A stretch of DNA of 32,000 nucleotides. Origin: Wigglesworthia glossinidia endosymbiont of Glossina brevipalpis (GTDB lineage: Bacteria; Pseudomonadota; Gammaproteobacteria; Enterobacterales; Enterobacteriaceae). Below are positions 1 to 10,923 of the stretch, piece by piece (positions within the stretch are counted from its first letter, which is position 1; every line of letters begins with the position of its first letter). A model generated the notes under the pieces. The model saw nothing but the letters and a program-made list of their open reading frames with translations, was not told the DNA's origin and searched no databases. Position numbers and translations under genes: made by a program. The stretch covers positions 30,001-62,000 of the forward strand of contig BA000021.3 in assembly GCA_000008885.1 (NCBI GenBank). The letters run 5' to 3'.

Positions 1-82
1 AATCAAATTCACAAGCTTGTCCTATCACAATTGGACCTGATCCTATTATTAAAATGCTTTTTATATCTTTTCTTTTTGGCAT
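1..82 (-). CDS. carB: Carbamoyl-phosphate synthase large subunit, N-terminal fragment (runs off the left edge)
   Basis: Reverse complement from the ATG at 80-82 reads [27 protein letters not shown], the highly conserved CarB N-terminus; located directly downstream of carA. Confidence 0.95.
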   Translation of the reverse strand, partial: MPKRKDIKSILIIGSGPIVIGQACEFD

Positions 83-91
83 TTTAATTTC

Positions 92-1222
92 CTATTTTTT
101 ATTTAAACGATAATCTTTGACAAGATTAATAAAATTTTTGAATAAAAACAATGCATCTTTAGGACCAGGAGAAGATTCTGGATGTCCTTGAAAACTAAAA
201 ACTGGTTTATTTATTAGTTTAATCCCCTGTAAAGTTTGATCAAACATAGAAATATGAGTAATTATTATATTTTTTGATAATGTAGATTTATCAATTGCGA
301 AATCATGATTTTGAGAAGTTATTATTATTTTGTTTGTTTCCAAGTCTTTTACTGGATGATTAGATCCATGATGACCAAATTTCATCTTTAATATTTTTGC
401 TCCATTAGCTATAGCTAATAATTGATGGCCAAGGCATATTCCAAAAATTGGAATTTTTGTTTCAAGTAAACATTGAATGTTACGAATAGCATATTTATAG
501 ATTTCTGGATTACCTGGTCCATTAGACAATAAAATTCCGTCTGGATTTAATGATATAACATATTTTGATTTAGTAGTTGCAGGTACAAGTGTAATACGAC
601 ATCCTAGATTTATTAAATTTTTTATAATGCTAAATTTTATTCCAAAATCATACGCTACAATATTATAAAAAAAATTTTTTTCAATATATTTTTTTTTGTA
701 TATAATTTTTCTTTTTGTGGTAACTAGTTTTACTAGGTCTAAATTTTTTTTTTCTAAAAAAATTTTTATTTTACTTTTAATTTCTTTAAAATTTATATTT
801 GTTCCTTCTGAGGAAACATATCCATATTGTGTTCCAGATTTTCTGATTAATCTAGTTAATTTTCTTGTATCTATTCCGCTAATTCCTATTATATTGTTTA
901 ATAAAAGAAATCTTGAAAAAGATAGTTTATTTCTAAAATCGCTAATTATATTATGAGTTTGATATAAAATAACTGCTTTTACTTGGATTTTTGAAGATTC
1001 ATTATTATTTATTTCAATTCCTATATTTCCTATATGAGGATAAGTAAATGCTACTATTTGATTGAAATATGAAGGATCTGTAATTATTTCTTGATAACCT
1101 GTTATTGAGGTGTTAAAAATAACTTCTCCTATGCTAGTTCCTTTAGCCCCTATGCTATTTCCATAAAATTTTGTTCCATCTTCTAAAATTAATAAAGCTT
1201 TATTTAACAAAATATTCTCCAT
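92..1222 (-). CDS. carA: Carbamoyl-phosphate synthase small subunit (glutamine amidotransferase)
   Basis: 376 aa; class I glutaminase motifs PIFGICLGHQLLAIANGA, KMKFGHHGSNHPV, SQNHDFAI and FQGHPESSPGPKDA; followed by carB. Confidence 0.97.
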   Translation of the reverse strand: MENILLNKALLILEDGTKFYGNSIGAKGTSIGEVIFNTSITGYQEIITDPSYFNQIVAFTYPHIGNIGIEINNNESSKIQVKAVILYQTHNIISDFRNKLSFSRFLLLNNIIGISGIDTRKLTRLIRKSGTQYGYVSSEGTNINFKEIKSKIKIFLEKKNLDLVKLVTTKRKIIYKKKYIEKNFFYNIVAYDFGIKFSIIKNLINLGCRITLVPATTKSKYVISLNPDGILLSNGPGNPEIYKYAIRNIQCLLETKIPIFGICLGHQLLAIANGAKILKMKFGHHGSNHPVKDLETNKIIITSQNHDFAIDKSTLSKNIIITHISMFDQTLQGIKLINKPVFSFQGHPESSPGPKDALFLFKNFINLVKDYRLNKK

Positions 1223-1232
1223 AATTTTATTA

Positions 1233-2030
1233 TTAATTGCTTTTAAAATTTTTCGCTTGTTTATTTAAAATATGAGACATATTAAACAAACCAGTTTTTT
1301 TATTAGATAACCAAATTGCAGCTTTTATTGCTCCTAAAGCAAATATTTTTCTATTATATGCTTGATGTGTAATTTCTATTTTTTCTCCTAAAAAAGAAAA
1401 AATTATTTTATGTTCTCCTATAATATTCCCTGATCTAATTGAAGATATTTTAATATTTTTTTTTATTTTTAAATTTTTTAAAATGTTTTTTTTAATTAAT
1501 ATAGAAGTTGCAGATGGAATATCAGACTTTTCTTTATGATGACATTCTATGATGTCTATATCAATATTTTTAATATTTCCAATACTAGATATATTTTTTA
1601 ATAATCTGAAAATAATGTTTGCTCCAAAACTGAAATTTTCAGAATAAAATATTGCAATTTTTTTTGACATATGTTTAATTAATTTGTTTTGCATTGCATT
1701 AAATCCAGTAGTTCCGATTACCATTTTTTTTTTGTTTTTATAACAAAAATTTAAATATTCTAAGCTAGACTTGACTGATGTAAAATCAATTAATACATCA
1801 AACTTATCTGATATATCTTTAATATTATCATTTGTAAACACGCCAATAGGAAAAATATTAGCTAATTTTCCTATATCATAATTTTTAAAAGAAGACTTAT
1901 GTCTTACCAGGGAAGAAGTATGAATAATTTTTGAAATATTTATAGCTGTTCTGGTTATTTGTTTTCCCATTTTACCATTTGCCCCGGTTGTTGCTATTCT
2001 TATTGAAGAAATTTTTTTATTATTTTTCAT
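1233..2030 (-). CDS. dapB: 4-hydroxy-tetrahydrodipicolinate reductase
   Basis: 265 aa; N-terminal GANGKMGKQI nucleotide-binding motif, VLIDFTSV, GTTGF, ECHHKEKSDIPSATS; dapB-carA-carB order as in enterics. Confidence 0.96.
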   Translation of the reverse strand: MKNNKKISSIRIATTGANGKMGKQITRTAINISKIIHTSSLVRHKSSFKNYDIGKLANIFPIGVFTNDNIKDISDKFDVLIDFTSVKSSLEYLNFCYKNKKKMVIGTTGFNAMQNKLIKHMSKKIAIFYSENFSFGANIIFRLLKNISSIGNIKNIDIDIIECHHKEKSDIPSATSILIKKNILKNLKIKKNIKISSIRSGNIIGEHKIIFSFLGEKIEITHQAYNRKIFALGAIKAAIWLSNKKTGLFNMSHILNKQAKNFKSN

Positions 2031-2289
2031 TTATTGTCTCATGTTAAATAAAAACATAATTTATATAAATTATGTTTAATACATAAAATAATTTTATAAA
2101 AATTATATTTGTAATAAATAATTATATTTTTTATTTTTTTATTAAAAATAAAATTATTTATAATTAATAAATTTATATTTAAAAATTTTTAATATTTATT
2201 CTTAAATAAGATATATTAAGATTAATATTTTATTTATATAAATTTAAAATTTATACAAAAATACAATTTTTTTGTAAAAAGGATATTTT

Positions 2290-3360
2290 ATGAATTTTAA
2301 TACTATTTTTAGTAGTTCATTTAAAATTATAACAAATTTAATTTTTATTTTTTTTGTTTTATATGGATGTTTTTTGATTTTAAATCCATTCATTATAAGC
2401 TTTATCTGGGCTTCTATAATAGTAATTTCAACTTGGCCTTTATTCATAAGAATAAAAAAATTTTTATATAATTCATATTTTTTATCAATTTTATTAATGG
2501 AAATGTTATTAATTTGTTTTTTTATATTCCCTGTTTTTATTGTATCAACTTCATTTTTTAAAAATTTTTCAAAAATGATATCTTTGATTATAACATTTGA
2601 TCAATATATATTTTCAAATTTATTATTAATAAAGAAAATTCCAATTATTGGAAATAAATTATTTAATACTATTAATATTTTAATTTATGAAAAAAATTTA
2701 TCGCTTTATGAAAAATTAGAACCATATATAACTCATATAACTAAAATAATATTATCCAATTTAACATTAATATGGAATTTATTTTTTAATTGTTTATTAA
2801 CAGTTTTGTTTAGTATATTTTTATATTTTAAAGGAAATTATATTAATAAATTTATTAAAATTTTTATTTATTATATAGATGATATTAAAGGAAAAGAATT
2901 AGTTGTTCTTGCCGAAAAATCTATTAGATCTGTATTTGTTAGCGTTATTTTAGCATCCATAATACAAACCATATTAAGCAGTATTGGTTTATTTATATCT
3001 AATGTTCCATTTAAATCAATTTTAATTATATTAATATTTATTTTTTGCATTACTCAATTAGGAATTTTTCCTATATTTATACCAATAATTTTATGGTTCT
3101 ATTATAAAGAAAATTATATTTTTAGTACAATATTATTTGTATGGTCATGTTTAGTATTTGCTTTAGATAATATTTTAAAACAAATCTTAATTAAAAGTAT
3201 AGGAATAAAATTACACAATTTGTTAATAATTTTTGGAATTTTAGGAGGTTTTTTGTCATTTGGAATGATTGGAATTTTTATTGGACCTACTATATTAACA
3301 ATTTCTTGGAACTTGTTAAGAAATTTAACTTTTAATTATAAAATTAAAAAAATTAATTAA
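2290..3360 (+). CDS. ydiK: AI-2E family membrane permease, YdiK-like
   Basis: 356 aa polytopic membrane protein; conserved stretches NPFIISFIWASIIVISTWPLFIRI, IPIIGNKL, FGMIGIFIGPTIL match the YdiK/PerM (UPF0118) family as remembered; 'aaaaggatattttatg' supplies an SD. Confidence 0.8.
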   Translation: MNFNTIFSSSFKIITNLIFIFFVLYGCFLILNPFIISFIWASIIVISTWPLFIRIKKFLYNSYFLSILLMEMLLICFFIFPVFIVSTSFFKNFSKMISLIITFDQYIFSNLLLIKKIPIIGNKLFNTINILIYEKNLSLYEKLEPYITHITKIILSNLTLIWNLFFNCLLTVLFSIFLYFKGNYINKFIKIFIYYIDDIKGKELVVLAEKSIRSVFVSVILASIIQTILSSIGLFISNVPFKSILIILIFIFCITQLGIFPIFIPIILWFYYKENYIFSTILFVWSCLVFALDNILKQILIKSIGIKLHNLLIIFGILGGFLSFGMIGIFIGPTILTISWNLLRNLTFNYKIKKIN

Positions 3361-4104
3361 TTTTACATTACTATTAATATTAAATATTTTAAAATAAATA
3401 ACAGATTTATAGTTATTTTATAATTAAAACACAAATAAAATTTTTTTTAAAAAATTATTTATATAATATTTTTATTAAAATTAATTATATTTTATAATAT
3501 ATTTAATATATTTAAATTAAATAAATTATTATTAAATTCTGTATTTTGTATAACAATTAATTATATTAAATAAATTTATATTTTAAATATATAAAATTAA
3601 TATAAAAATAAAATTATATTTATATTAAAATTTTTATAAAATATATAAAAATAATGATATTAATTTTAATTTGTAAAATTTATTAAAAAATAAAATTATG
3701 TTATTTCAAAAACACAATTTTTATTTGCAAAATAATTAAAAACTTAATATAAATATTAAAAATTTAATTAAATTTTATTTAAATAAAATTTAAAATTTTT
3801 TAAATTTTTGTAAAATTAAAAATTTAATTTAAATTAATAAATAATATAAAATTAAAAGCACATTATATATTTATACAAGTATATTTATAAAAATTTAATA
3901 TTTAAAATAAAATAAATTTTATTTTTAAAATAAAATCTGAAATTTTCAATTATTTTCTTAAAATAAATAGAATTATAAATAAAATAATTATATATATAAA
4001 ATTTTTGTTTTAATTTATTAATTTACTAGTAGTTGATTGATATATGATATAAAATGTATTAAAGTATTTTTATAATTTTTTATTTTTAAAGGAATATAAT
4101 TTAT

Positions 4105-4482
4105 ATGGTAACTATTAATCAATTAGTTAGAAAATCTCGTTCTAATAAAATTATAAAAACCAATGTTCCAGCGTTGTCTTCGTGTCCACAAAAACGTGGA
4201 GTATGCATAAGAGTTTATACGACTACACCTAAAAAACCAAATTCTGCTTTAAGGAAAGTATGTAGAGTTAGGTTAACTAATGGATTTGAAGTAACATCTT
4301 ATATAGGAGGAGAAGGTCATAATTTACAAGAACACTCTTCCGTTCTTATAAGAGGAGGGAGAGTAAAAGACTTGCCTGGAGTAAGATATCATATTGTAAG
4401 AGGAGCCTTGGATTGTGCTGGAGTAAAAAATAGAAAAAAAGCAAGATCTAAGTATGGAGTAAAAAAAATAAAAAACAAATAA
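4105..4482 (+). CDS. rpsL: 30S ribosomal protein S12
   Basis: 125 aa; [69 protein letters not shown]. Confidence 0.99.
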   Translation: MVTINQLVRKSRSNKIIKTNVPALSSCPQKRGVCIRVYTTTPKKPNSALRKVCRVRLTNGFEVTSYIGGEGHNLQEHSSVLIRGGRVKDLPGVRYHIVRGALDCAGVKNRKKARSKYGVKKIKNK

Positions 4483-4524
4483 ATTTAAATTTAAAAAAAT
4501 AAAATATTAAAATTGGAGTTTTAA

Positions 4525-4995
4525 ATGCCTCGCCGTAAAATGGTAAATCAAAGAGCAATTCTTCCGGATCCTAAATGGAATTCAGAAATACTTTCAAAAT
4601 TTATTAATATTTTAATGGTAAATGGGAAAAAGTCTATTTCAGAAAAAATTATATATACTGCTTTAAATAACTTAAAAAAAAAATTAAACAAAGATCATTT
4701 AACTATATTTGATTTAGCTTTAGAAAAAGTTCGTCCAATAGTAGAAGTGAAATCTAGAAGAGTTGGGGGATCTACATATCAAGTTCCAATAGAAGTAAGA
4801 TCTAGCCGTCGTAACGCATTAGCAATGCGGTGGATAATAGAAGCTGCAAGAAAAAGAAAAGACAAATCTATGTCTTTACGTTTAGCTAAAGAGATAGAAG
4901 ACGCATTAGAAAATAAAGGGACTGCGGTTAAAAAAAGAGAGGAAGTTCATCGTATGGCGGAAGCAAATAAAGCTTTTGCTCATTACAGATGGTAA
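4525..4995 (+). CDS. rpsG: 30S ribosomal protein S7
   Basis: 156 aa; [41 protein letters not shown]; follows rpsL. Confidence 0.99.
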   Translation: MPRRKMVNQRAILPDPKWNSEILSKFINILMVNGKKSISEKIIYTALNNLKKKLNKDHLTIFDLALEKVRPIVEVKSRRVGGSTYQVPIEVRSSRRNALAMRWIIEAARKRKDKSMSLRLAKEIEDALENKGTAVKKREEVHRMAEANKAFAHYRW

Positions 4996-5040
4996 ATAAA
5001 TAATAAAAATTTTATTTTTGATTAATTTTGGTGAATTAAT

Positions 5041-7158
5041 ATGCCTCGACTAACACCTATTGTAAATTATAGAAATATTGGAATTAGTGCACACATTGAT
5101 GCTGGAAAGACTACTACTACTGAAAGGATTTTATTTTATACTGGTGTGAATCATAAATTAGGAGAAGTCCATCATGGATCTGCTACTATGGATTGGATGG
5201 CTCAAGAGCAAGAAAGAGGAATAACAATTACTTCAGCAGCAACAACATGTTTTTGGTCTGGAATGTCAAATCAATTTAGCTCACATCGTATTAACATAAT
5301 CGATACTCCAGGTCATGTAGATTTTACAATAGAAGTAGAGAGATCTATGAGGATTCTCGATGGAGCAATAATGGTGTACTGTGCTGTAGGAGGAGTTCAA
5401 CCTCAATCTGAAACAGTATGGAGGCAAGCAAATAAATATAATGTTCCTAGGATCGCCTTTATAAATAAAATGGACAGAACAGGAGCAAATTATTTCAATG
5501 TAATTAATCAAATAAAGGATAAGTTATATGCAAATCCAATACCAATACAGTTACCCATTGGAAAAGAAAATAATTTCGTTGGAATAATTGATTTAATTAA
5601 AATGAAATCAATTTATTGGAGTGAAATAGATCAAGGAATAACTTTTGAATATAAAGAAATACCAAAAGATCTTATGGTATTATCTAATTCATACAGAAAT
5701 ATTTTGTTAGAAACTTCAGCTGAAGCATCTGAAAAATTAACAGAAAAATACTTGTACAAAAATTTAACAGAACAAGATATTATAGAAGGATTAAGAATAA
5801 GATCATTGAAAAACGAAATAATTCCAGTAACATGTGGTTCTGCCTTTAAAAATAAAGGAATCCAATCTATGTTGGATACAGTAATAAATTATTTACCTTC
5901 ACCAAAAGATATAAAATATTCGAAAAAAAATAAATTTTTATCAAAAAATTATAAAAAAAGCATCCTTCCTAAAGATAACGAACCATTTTCTGCGCTAGCT
6001 TTTAAAATAGCTAATGATCCATTTGTAGGAAATTTAACTTTTTTTAGAGTATATTCTGGAAAAATTAGATCTGGGAATACTGTATTAAATTCTGCAAAAG
6101 ATAAACAAGAACGATTCGGAAGAATAGTTCAAATGCATGCAAATAAGAGAGAAGAAATAAAAGAAGTAAGGTCTGGAGATATTGCAGCAGCAATAGGATT
6201 AAAAGATGTTACAACTGGAGATACATTATGTGATCCATTGCATCCAATAATTTTAGAAAAAATGGAATTTCCAGAGCCTGTAATTTCTGTTGCTGTAGAA
6301 CCAAAAACAAAATCGGACCAAGAAAAAATGAGTTCAGCATTGAATAGATTAGCTAAAGAAGATCCTTCTTTTAGAGTGTCAAGTGATGAAGAATCTGGGC
6401 AAACTATTATTTCTGGTATGGGCGAGCTTCATTTAGAAATATTAATTGACCGCATGTATAGAGAATTTAATGTTAGATCAAATGTTGGAAAACCTCAAGT
6501 ATCATACAGAGAAACAATTAAATCATGTGTAGAAGAAGAGGGTAAATTTATTAGACAATCTGGAGGAAGAGGGCAATTTGGACATGTTTGGTTAAGAATT
6601 GAGCCAAATAAATCAAACATTGCAAAAAATAAAAATAATTATACTTTTATTAATAAAATTGTAGGTGGTGCAATTCCAAAAGAATTTATTCCTGCAATAG
6701 ACAAAGGAATTCAAGAACAATTAAGTAATGGAGTTTTAGCCGGATACCCTATAGTAGATGTTTGCGTTACAGTTTTTGATGGATCTTACCACGAAGTAGA
6801 TTCTTCAGAAATAGCATTTAAAATTGCTGCATCTATAGCTTTTAAATCTGCATTTATGAAAGCTAGTCCAATTTTATTAGAACCAATAATGAAAGTTGAA
6901 GTAGAAACTCCAAACGAATATATGGGCGATGTAATTGGAGATTTAAATCGCAGAAGAGGAATAATAGATGGTATGCAAGATATTAATATGGGAAAAATAA
7001 TTATATCTAAAATTCCTTTATCTGAGATGTTTGGATATGCTACAGACTTAAGGTCTCAAACTCAAGGAAGAGCATCGTATTCTATGGAATTTTTAAGATA
7101 TAATGAACTTCCAAATAACATAACAGAATCTATTATAAATTCTAATCAATTAAAATAA
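5041..7158 (+). CDS. fusA: Elongation factor G
   Basis: 705 aa; GTPase motifs [28 protein letters not shown]; C-terminal domains present; rpsL-rpsG-fusA order. Confidence 0.99.
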   Translation: MPRLTPIVNYRNIGISAHIDAGKTTTTERILFYTGVNHKLGEVHHGSATMDWMAQEQERGITITSAATTCFWSGMSNQFSSHRINIIDTPGHVDFTIEVERSMRILDGAIMVYCAVGGVQPQSETVWRQANKYNVPRIAFINKMDRTGANYFNVINQIKDKLYANPIPIQLPIGKENNFVGIIDLIKMKSIYWSEIDQGITFEYKEIPKDLMVLSNSYRNILLETSAEASEKLTEKYLYKNLTEQDIIEGLRIRSLKNEIIPVTCGSAFKNKGIQSMLDTVINYLPSPKDIKYSKKNKFLSKNYKKSILPKDNEPFSALAFKIANDPFVGNLTFFRVYSGKIRSGNTVLNSAKDKQERFGRIVQMHANKREEIKEVRSGDIAAAIGLKDVTTGDTLCDPLHPIILEKMEFPEPVISVAVEPKTKSDQEKMSSALNRLAKEDPSFRVSSDEESGQTIISGMGELHLEILIDRMYREFNVRSNVGKPQVSYRETIKSCVEEEGKFIRQSGGRGQFGHVWLRIEPNKSNIAKNKNNYTFINKIVGGAIPKEFIPAIDKGIQEQLSNGVLAGYPIVDVCVTVFDGSYHEVDSSEIAFKIAASIAFKSAFMKASPILLEPIMKVEVETPNEYMGDVIGDLNRRRGIIDGMQDINMGKIIISKIPLSEMFGYATDLRSQTQGRASYSMEFLRYNELPNNITESIINSNQLK

Positions 7159-7259
7159 TTAAAAATCTTGGAAATATAAAATATTTTTAATTTATTTTAT
7201 AAATATTATTTTTTTTATTTTTATTATTAATTTAGTAAATAAAATTTATTTTAAATAAA

Positions 7260-7293
7260 TTGGAATTTTTTAAAAAAATATATATAATTCCAA
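7260..7293 (+). terminator. Possible hairpin downstream of fusA (8-bp perfect inverted repeat TTGGAATT...AATTCCAA, 18-nt loop)
   Basis: TTGGAATT at 7260-7267 and AATTCCAA at 7286-7293, about 100 bp after the fusA stop; no strong T-tract after it. Confidence 0.3.
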
Positions 7294-7980
7294 AATGTGG
7301 AGGCAAATATTTTCATCATTATAATTGATTTTTTACTAAATACATATATATTTTTAAGTAAATATATTTAAACTTATTTTTAATTAAATTTTTATTATAT
7401 ATTAAATGAAATAATTTTTTTTAATAAATTTATGAATTCCATTCAAAACTTAATATTCTTTTTATGTAAAAATAAAAATTTAAATTTATTTTAATGAGTA
7501 AAAAGAACTTATAAAAAATTAATAAAATTGAACTTTTGAATAAGTTTTTATTAATTTTATTAATTAACTTTTTATTTAAAAAATTAAAATATTTTATATT
7601 ATTAAAATAATTTATTAAATAATAATATAGAAATATTTATTTTAAGATATTAAGTATTTTAGTTTTAAACAGTAAATAAAATAGCAATTTTCTTATAAAA
7701 ATTAATAAACATGTTTTACAGAAAATTTCTATTTTCAAGAAAAAAATATAAATATATTTATAAAATAAATAATATAAATATTATAAAGAATTAATTAAAT
7801 TTAAAGAAAAATTATTTAAAATTATTATAAATAAAATAAATGAATTTTATATTTTTATTTAAAAAAATAATAAATATATTATAAAATATTTATATTTTTA
7901 TCTTGATATTTAAAAAGTATTAATTTAAAAAATTTATCAAATAATTATATATCTTATCAGAATTAAAAGGAAATACTAAA

Positions 7981-8325
7981 ATGAGTAATGATAATATTCT
8001 AAAAAATATACATGAAATAAACTTATCTTATTTATTATTAGCACAAGAATTGATAAAGCAAGATAAAAAAGTAGCAAGTTTCAGACTTGGAGTATGCGAA
8101 GATACTTTAAATAAAATATCAAAACTATCTTTATCTGAATTAATTAAGTTAGGAGCAATTAATCAATTAATTTGCTTATTAAGATTAGATGATGAAAAAG
8201 TAATTAATTGTTTAACAAGAGAATCTAGAGTGGATGAACTACAACAAGTTCATACTGGAATTATGTTGTCTACTCAATTGCTCAGATCACATAAATCAAA
8301 TTCTAATCATGCCCTAAAGGAATAA
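7981..8325 (+). CDS. flhD: Flagellar transcriptional master regulator subunit FlhD
   Basis: 114 aa; [18 protein letters not shown]...[20 protein letters not shown]; followed immediately by flhC. Confidence 0.97.
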   Translation: MSNDNILKNIHEINLSYLLLAQELIKQDKKVASFRLGVCEDTLNKISKLSLSELIKLGAINQLICLLRLDDEKVINCLTRESRVDELQQVHTGIMLSTQLLRSHKSNSNHALKE

Positions 8326-8329
8326 AATA

Positions 8330-8884
8330 GTGTATAGAAAAAGTATTATGCAAGAATCTAAAGATATACAATTAGCTACAGAATTAATTTCATTAGGAGC
8401 AAGATTGCCTATATTAGAAAATGAAACATGTCTAAGCAGAAGCAGACTGTTAAGGTTGTATAAAGAAGTAAAAGGAACACCTGCTCCTAAAGGTCTTCTT
8501 CCATTTTCTGCAGATTGGTTTTTATCATGGGAACAAAATATACATTCTTCTGCTTTTTACAATTCTTATTTATGTTTAATTAAATCAGGAAATATTTCAA
8601 ATATAGAAGCTATGATTAAAGCATATCATTTATATTTAGAATTATGTCCAAGGTGTCAAAATGGAAACCCTATACTTGGTTTAACAAGAGCTTGGATATT
8701 ATTACGTTTTATTGATAGCCAATTATTAGGACAAACTAGATGCGTTAAATGCAGTGGAGCTTTTGTTACTTATGCTTTTCATCCGAAAAAAAATTTTATT
8801 TGCAGTTTTTGCCATCCACCATCCAGAGCAGTAAAAAAACGTAAACTTTCTAGTGTTGAAGCCGATAATCTCGTATGCCTTTGA
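8330..8884 (+). CDS. flhC: Flagellar transcriptional master regulator subunit FlhC
   Basis: 184 aa, GTG start at 8330 (the N-terminus from this start, [19 protein letters not shown], aligns with enteric FlhC SEKSIVQEARDIQLA); four zinc-ligand-like cysteines CVKC...CSFC; [32 protein letters not shown]. Confidence 0.97.
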   Translation: MYRKSIMQESKDIQLATELISLGARLPILENETCLSRSRLLRLYKEVKGTPAPKGLLPFSADWFLSWEQNIHSSAFYNSYLCLIKSGNISNIEAMIKAYHLYLELCPRCQNGNPILGLTRAWILLRFIDSQLLGQTRCVKCSGAFVTYAFHPKKNFICSFCHPPSRAVKKRKLSSVEADNLVCL

Positions 8885-8996
8885 TTAAAATATAATTTTT
8901 AAATTTAAAAATATAATTTTTAAAATAAAATACATAATAAATTGATCTTTTTATTAAAAGACATATTTTAATATTAATTATTTCTAAGGGATTATT

Positions 8997-9887
8997 GTGT
9001 TAATTATAGTTGGTTACTGTGTTGTATTTATTTCTGTGTTTGGTGGTTTTTTATTAGCAGAAGGACAAATTGGAGCTTTATTTCAACCAGTAGAGTTGTT
9101 AATTATATTAGGTGCAGGTCTTGGGGCTTTTATTGTTGGAAATAATGGAAAAGCAATTTTTGCAACTATAAAGGCTTTTCCAAAACTTTTTCATTCTTCC
9201 AAGTATAATAAAAATATGTATATGGATGTTATGACTTTGATGTATAGATTACTTTCTAAAAGTAGGCAATCAGGACTGATTAGCTTAGAAAAAGACATTG
9301 ATTTCCCAAAAAAAAGCAAAATTTTTTCTAGCTATCCCGCTCTTATAGAAGATGACTTAATCATAGATTTTATAGTAGATTATTTTAGACTTATGGTAAG
9401 TGGAAACTTAAATTCTTACGAAATAGAAGCCTTAATGAATGAAGAAATAGAAACTTGCGAGCAAGAGCATGAAGTTCCAATTACAAGTTTATTGCAAGTT
9501 GGAGATGCTCTACCAGCATTTGGAATAGTAGCAGCTGTTATGGGTGTAGTAAACGCTTTAGCTGCAGCAGATAGACCTGCAGCAGAACTAGGAGAGCTCA
9601 TTGCTCATGCTATGGTTGGAACTTTTTTAGGTATTCTTTTAGCATATGGATGCGTAATGCCATTAGGAGCTTTGTTAAAGCAAAAAAGTGACGAACATAT
9701 TAAAATGCTACAATGTATAAAAATTACATTATTATCTAGTATAAACGGTTATGCTCCTCAAATAGCAATTGAATTTGGAAGAAAAATTTTATACTCTCCT
9801 GAAAGACCATCATTTAACGAGTTAGAAGAACACATAAGAAAAGTAAAAAAATCAAGCTTAGAGTCTTCTAATAATAATACGATTTAA
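8997..9887 (+). CDS. motA: Flagellar motor stator protein MotA
   Basis: 296 aa, GTG start; GCGLGAF-like GAGLGAFIVGN, VGDALPAFGIVAAVMGVV, HAMVGTFLGILLAYGCVMPL; followed by motB. Confidence 0.97.
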   Translation: MLIIVGYCVVFISVFGGFLLAEGQIGALFQPVELLIILGAGLGAFIVGNNGKAIFATIKAFPKLFHSSKYNKNMYMDVMTLMYRLLSKSRQSGLISLEKDIDFPKKSKIFSSYPALIEDDLIIDFIVDYFRLMVSGNLNSYEIEALMNEEIETCEQEHEVPITSLLQVGDALPAFGIVAAVMGVVNALAAADRPAAELGELIAHAMVGTFLGILLAYGCVMPLGALLKQKSDEHIKMLQCIKITLLSSINGYAPQIAIEFGRKILYSPERPSFNELEEHIRKVKKSSLESSNNNTI

Positions 9888-9891
9888 ATTC

Positions 9892-10872
9892 ATGAAAAAA
9901 AATTCACCAATGATTTTGATTAGATGGAAAAAATCTCAACATTCTGGGCATCACGGAGGTTCCTGGAAGATTGCTTATGCAGATTTTATGACTGCTATGA
10001 TGGCCTTTTTTTTAGTAATGTGGTTACTTAGTACAAGTACTCCTCAACAAAGAGAACAAATTGCAGATTATTTCAGAATACCAATGAAAGATTCAGTTCA
10101 AAATAGTTCTAAATCTAGCATTAGTCCTATTCCTATGCCAAAACAAGGAGGAGATAATATTGACAATAAAACTAATAATATTAAAAATAGAGAACGCGAA
10201 TTGAATCATCAAAAAGATATAAGGAGATTAAACAAAACAAGATATAATCTTCAGCAAATGTTAAGGAATAATCCAAGATTAAGAGATTTTCAATCAAATA
10301 TGAAAATAACTTTGGTGCATGAAGGTCTAAGAATTGAAATAATTGATAGCAAAAAACGCCCAATGTTTACGACAGGTGGAAAAGAAATTGCTCCATATAT
10401 GAGATATATAATGAGAATATTAGCACCTGTTTTAAATGAATTACCAAATCGTATTAGTTTAGCCGGTCATACAGATAATCAACCATATATTAATGGAGAA
10501 AGAGGATACAGTAATTGGGAATTATCTGCAGATCGCGCAAATGCATCAAGAAGGGAGCTTATTGAAGGAGGGTTGATGAATGACAAAATATTAAGAGTGA
10601 TAGGTATGGCTAATACTATGTCTGATGTAAATAAACATCATCATCATGCTTCACAAAGAAGAATCAGCATTATTATTTTAACTAAACAACAAGAAGAAGC
10701 AATAAAAAAGGAAAACTCTGAAAGTCATAGCGAATTTATAGAAAACAATGAAGATCCAGCTTCTCAATTGTGGAAATTAGCAGCTCCTCAAGCATTTACT
10801 GGAAAAAACGATTTTCAACTCAAGTCTAATAATCAAAATTTTATAAAAGAAAAACAAATAATTAAAAATTAG
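9892..10872 (+). CDS. motB: Flagellar motor stator protein MotB (OmpA-like peptidoglycan-binding domain)
   Basis: 326 aa; HHGGSWKIAYADFMTAMMAFFLVMWLLS containing the proton-channel Asp; OmpA-like LAGHTDNQPY...NWELSADRANASRREL. Confidence 0.97.
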   Translation: MKKNSPMILIRWKKSQHSGHHGGSWKIAYADFMTAMMAFFLVMWLLSTSTPQQREQIADYFRIPMKDSVQNSSKSSISPIPMPKQGGDNIDNKTNNIKNRERELNHQKDIRRLNKTRYNLQQMLRNNPRLRDFQSNMKITLVHEGLRIEIIDSKKRPMFTTGGKEIAPYMRYIMRILAPVLNELPNRISLAGHTDNQPYINGERGYSNWELSADRANASRRELIEGGLMNDKILRVIGMANTMSDVNKHHHHASQRRISIIILTKQQEEAIKKENSESHSEFIENNEDPASQLWKLAAPQAFTGKNDFQLKSNNQNFIKEKQIIKN

Positions 10873-10923
10873 TTTCTTAATTTTTTTAAAAATTTTAATA
10901 TAAATTAAATTTTTTAATATTTT

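Noticed and set aside
696-956. 86-aa plus-strand ORF inside carA
   Set aside because: Antisense to a well conserved gene; low-complexity translation, no recognisable domain; expected by chance.
2244-2447. 67-aa minus-strand ORF overlapping the ydiK-like gene start
   Set aside because: Antisense to a better-supported CDS; Lys/Ile-rich composition typical of spurious ORFs in AT-rich DNA.
3361-4104. Possible replication origin or tRNA/ncRNA in the long AT-rich spacers (also 7159-7980)
   Set aside because: No DnaA-box cluster, no tRNA T-loop (GTTCGANNC) or cloverleaf-like GC-richer segment, and no array of repeats seen.
4105-4482. Streptomycin-resistance-type substitution in rpsL
   Set aside because: Both key lysine regions ([13 protein letters not shown] and [10 protein letters not shown]) look wild type.
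5281-5511. 76-aa antisense ORF within fusA (and similar ones at 9416-9601, 10181-10363, 11151-11405, 13945-14178, 18927-19328, 21603-21791)
   Set aside because: All antisense to conserved genes, no SD or domain support; the 133-aa one in flgF has no recognisable homology and mirrors the coding strand.
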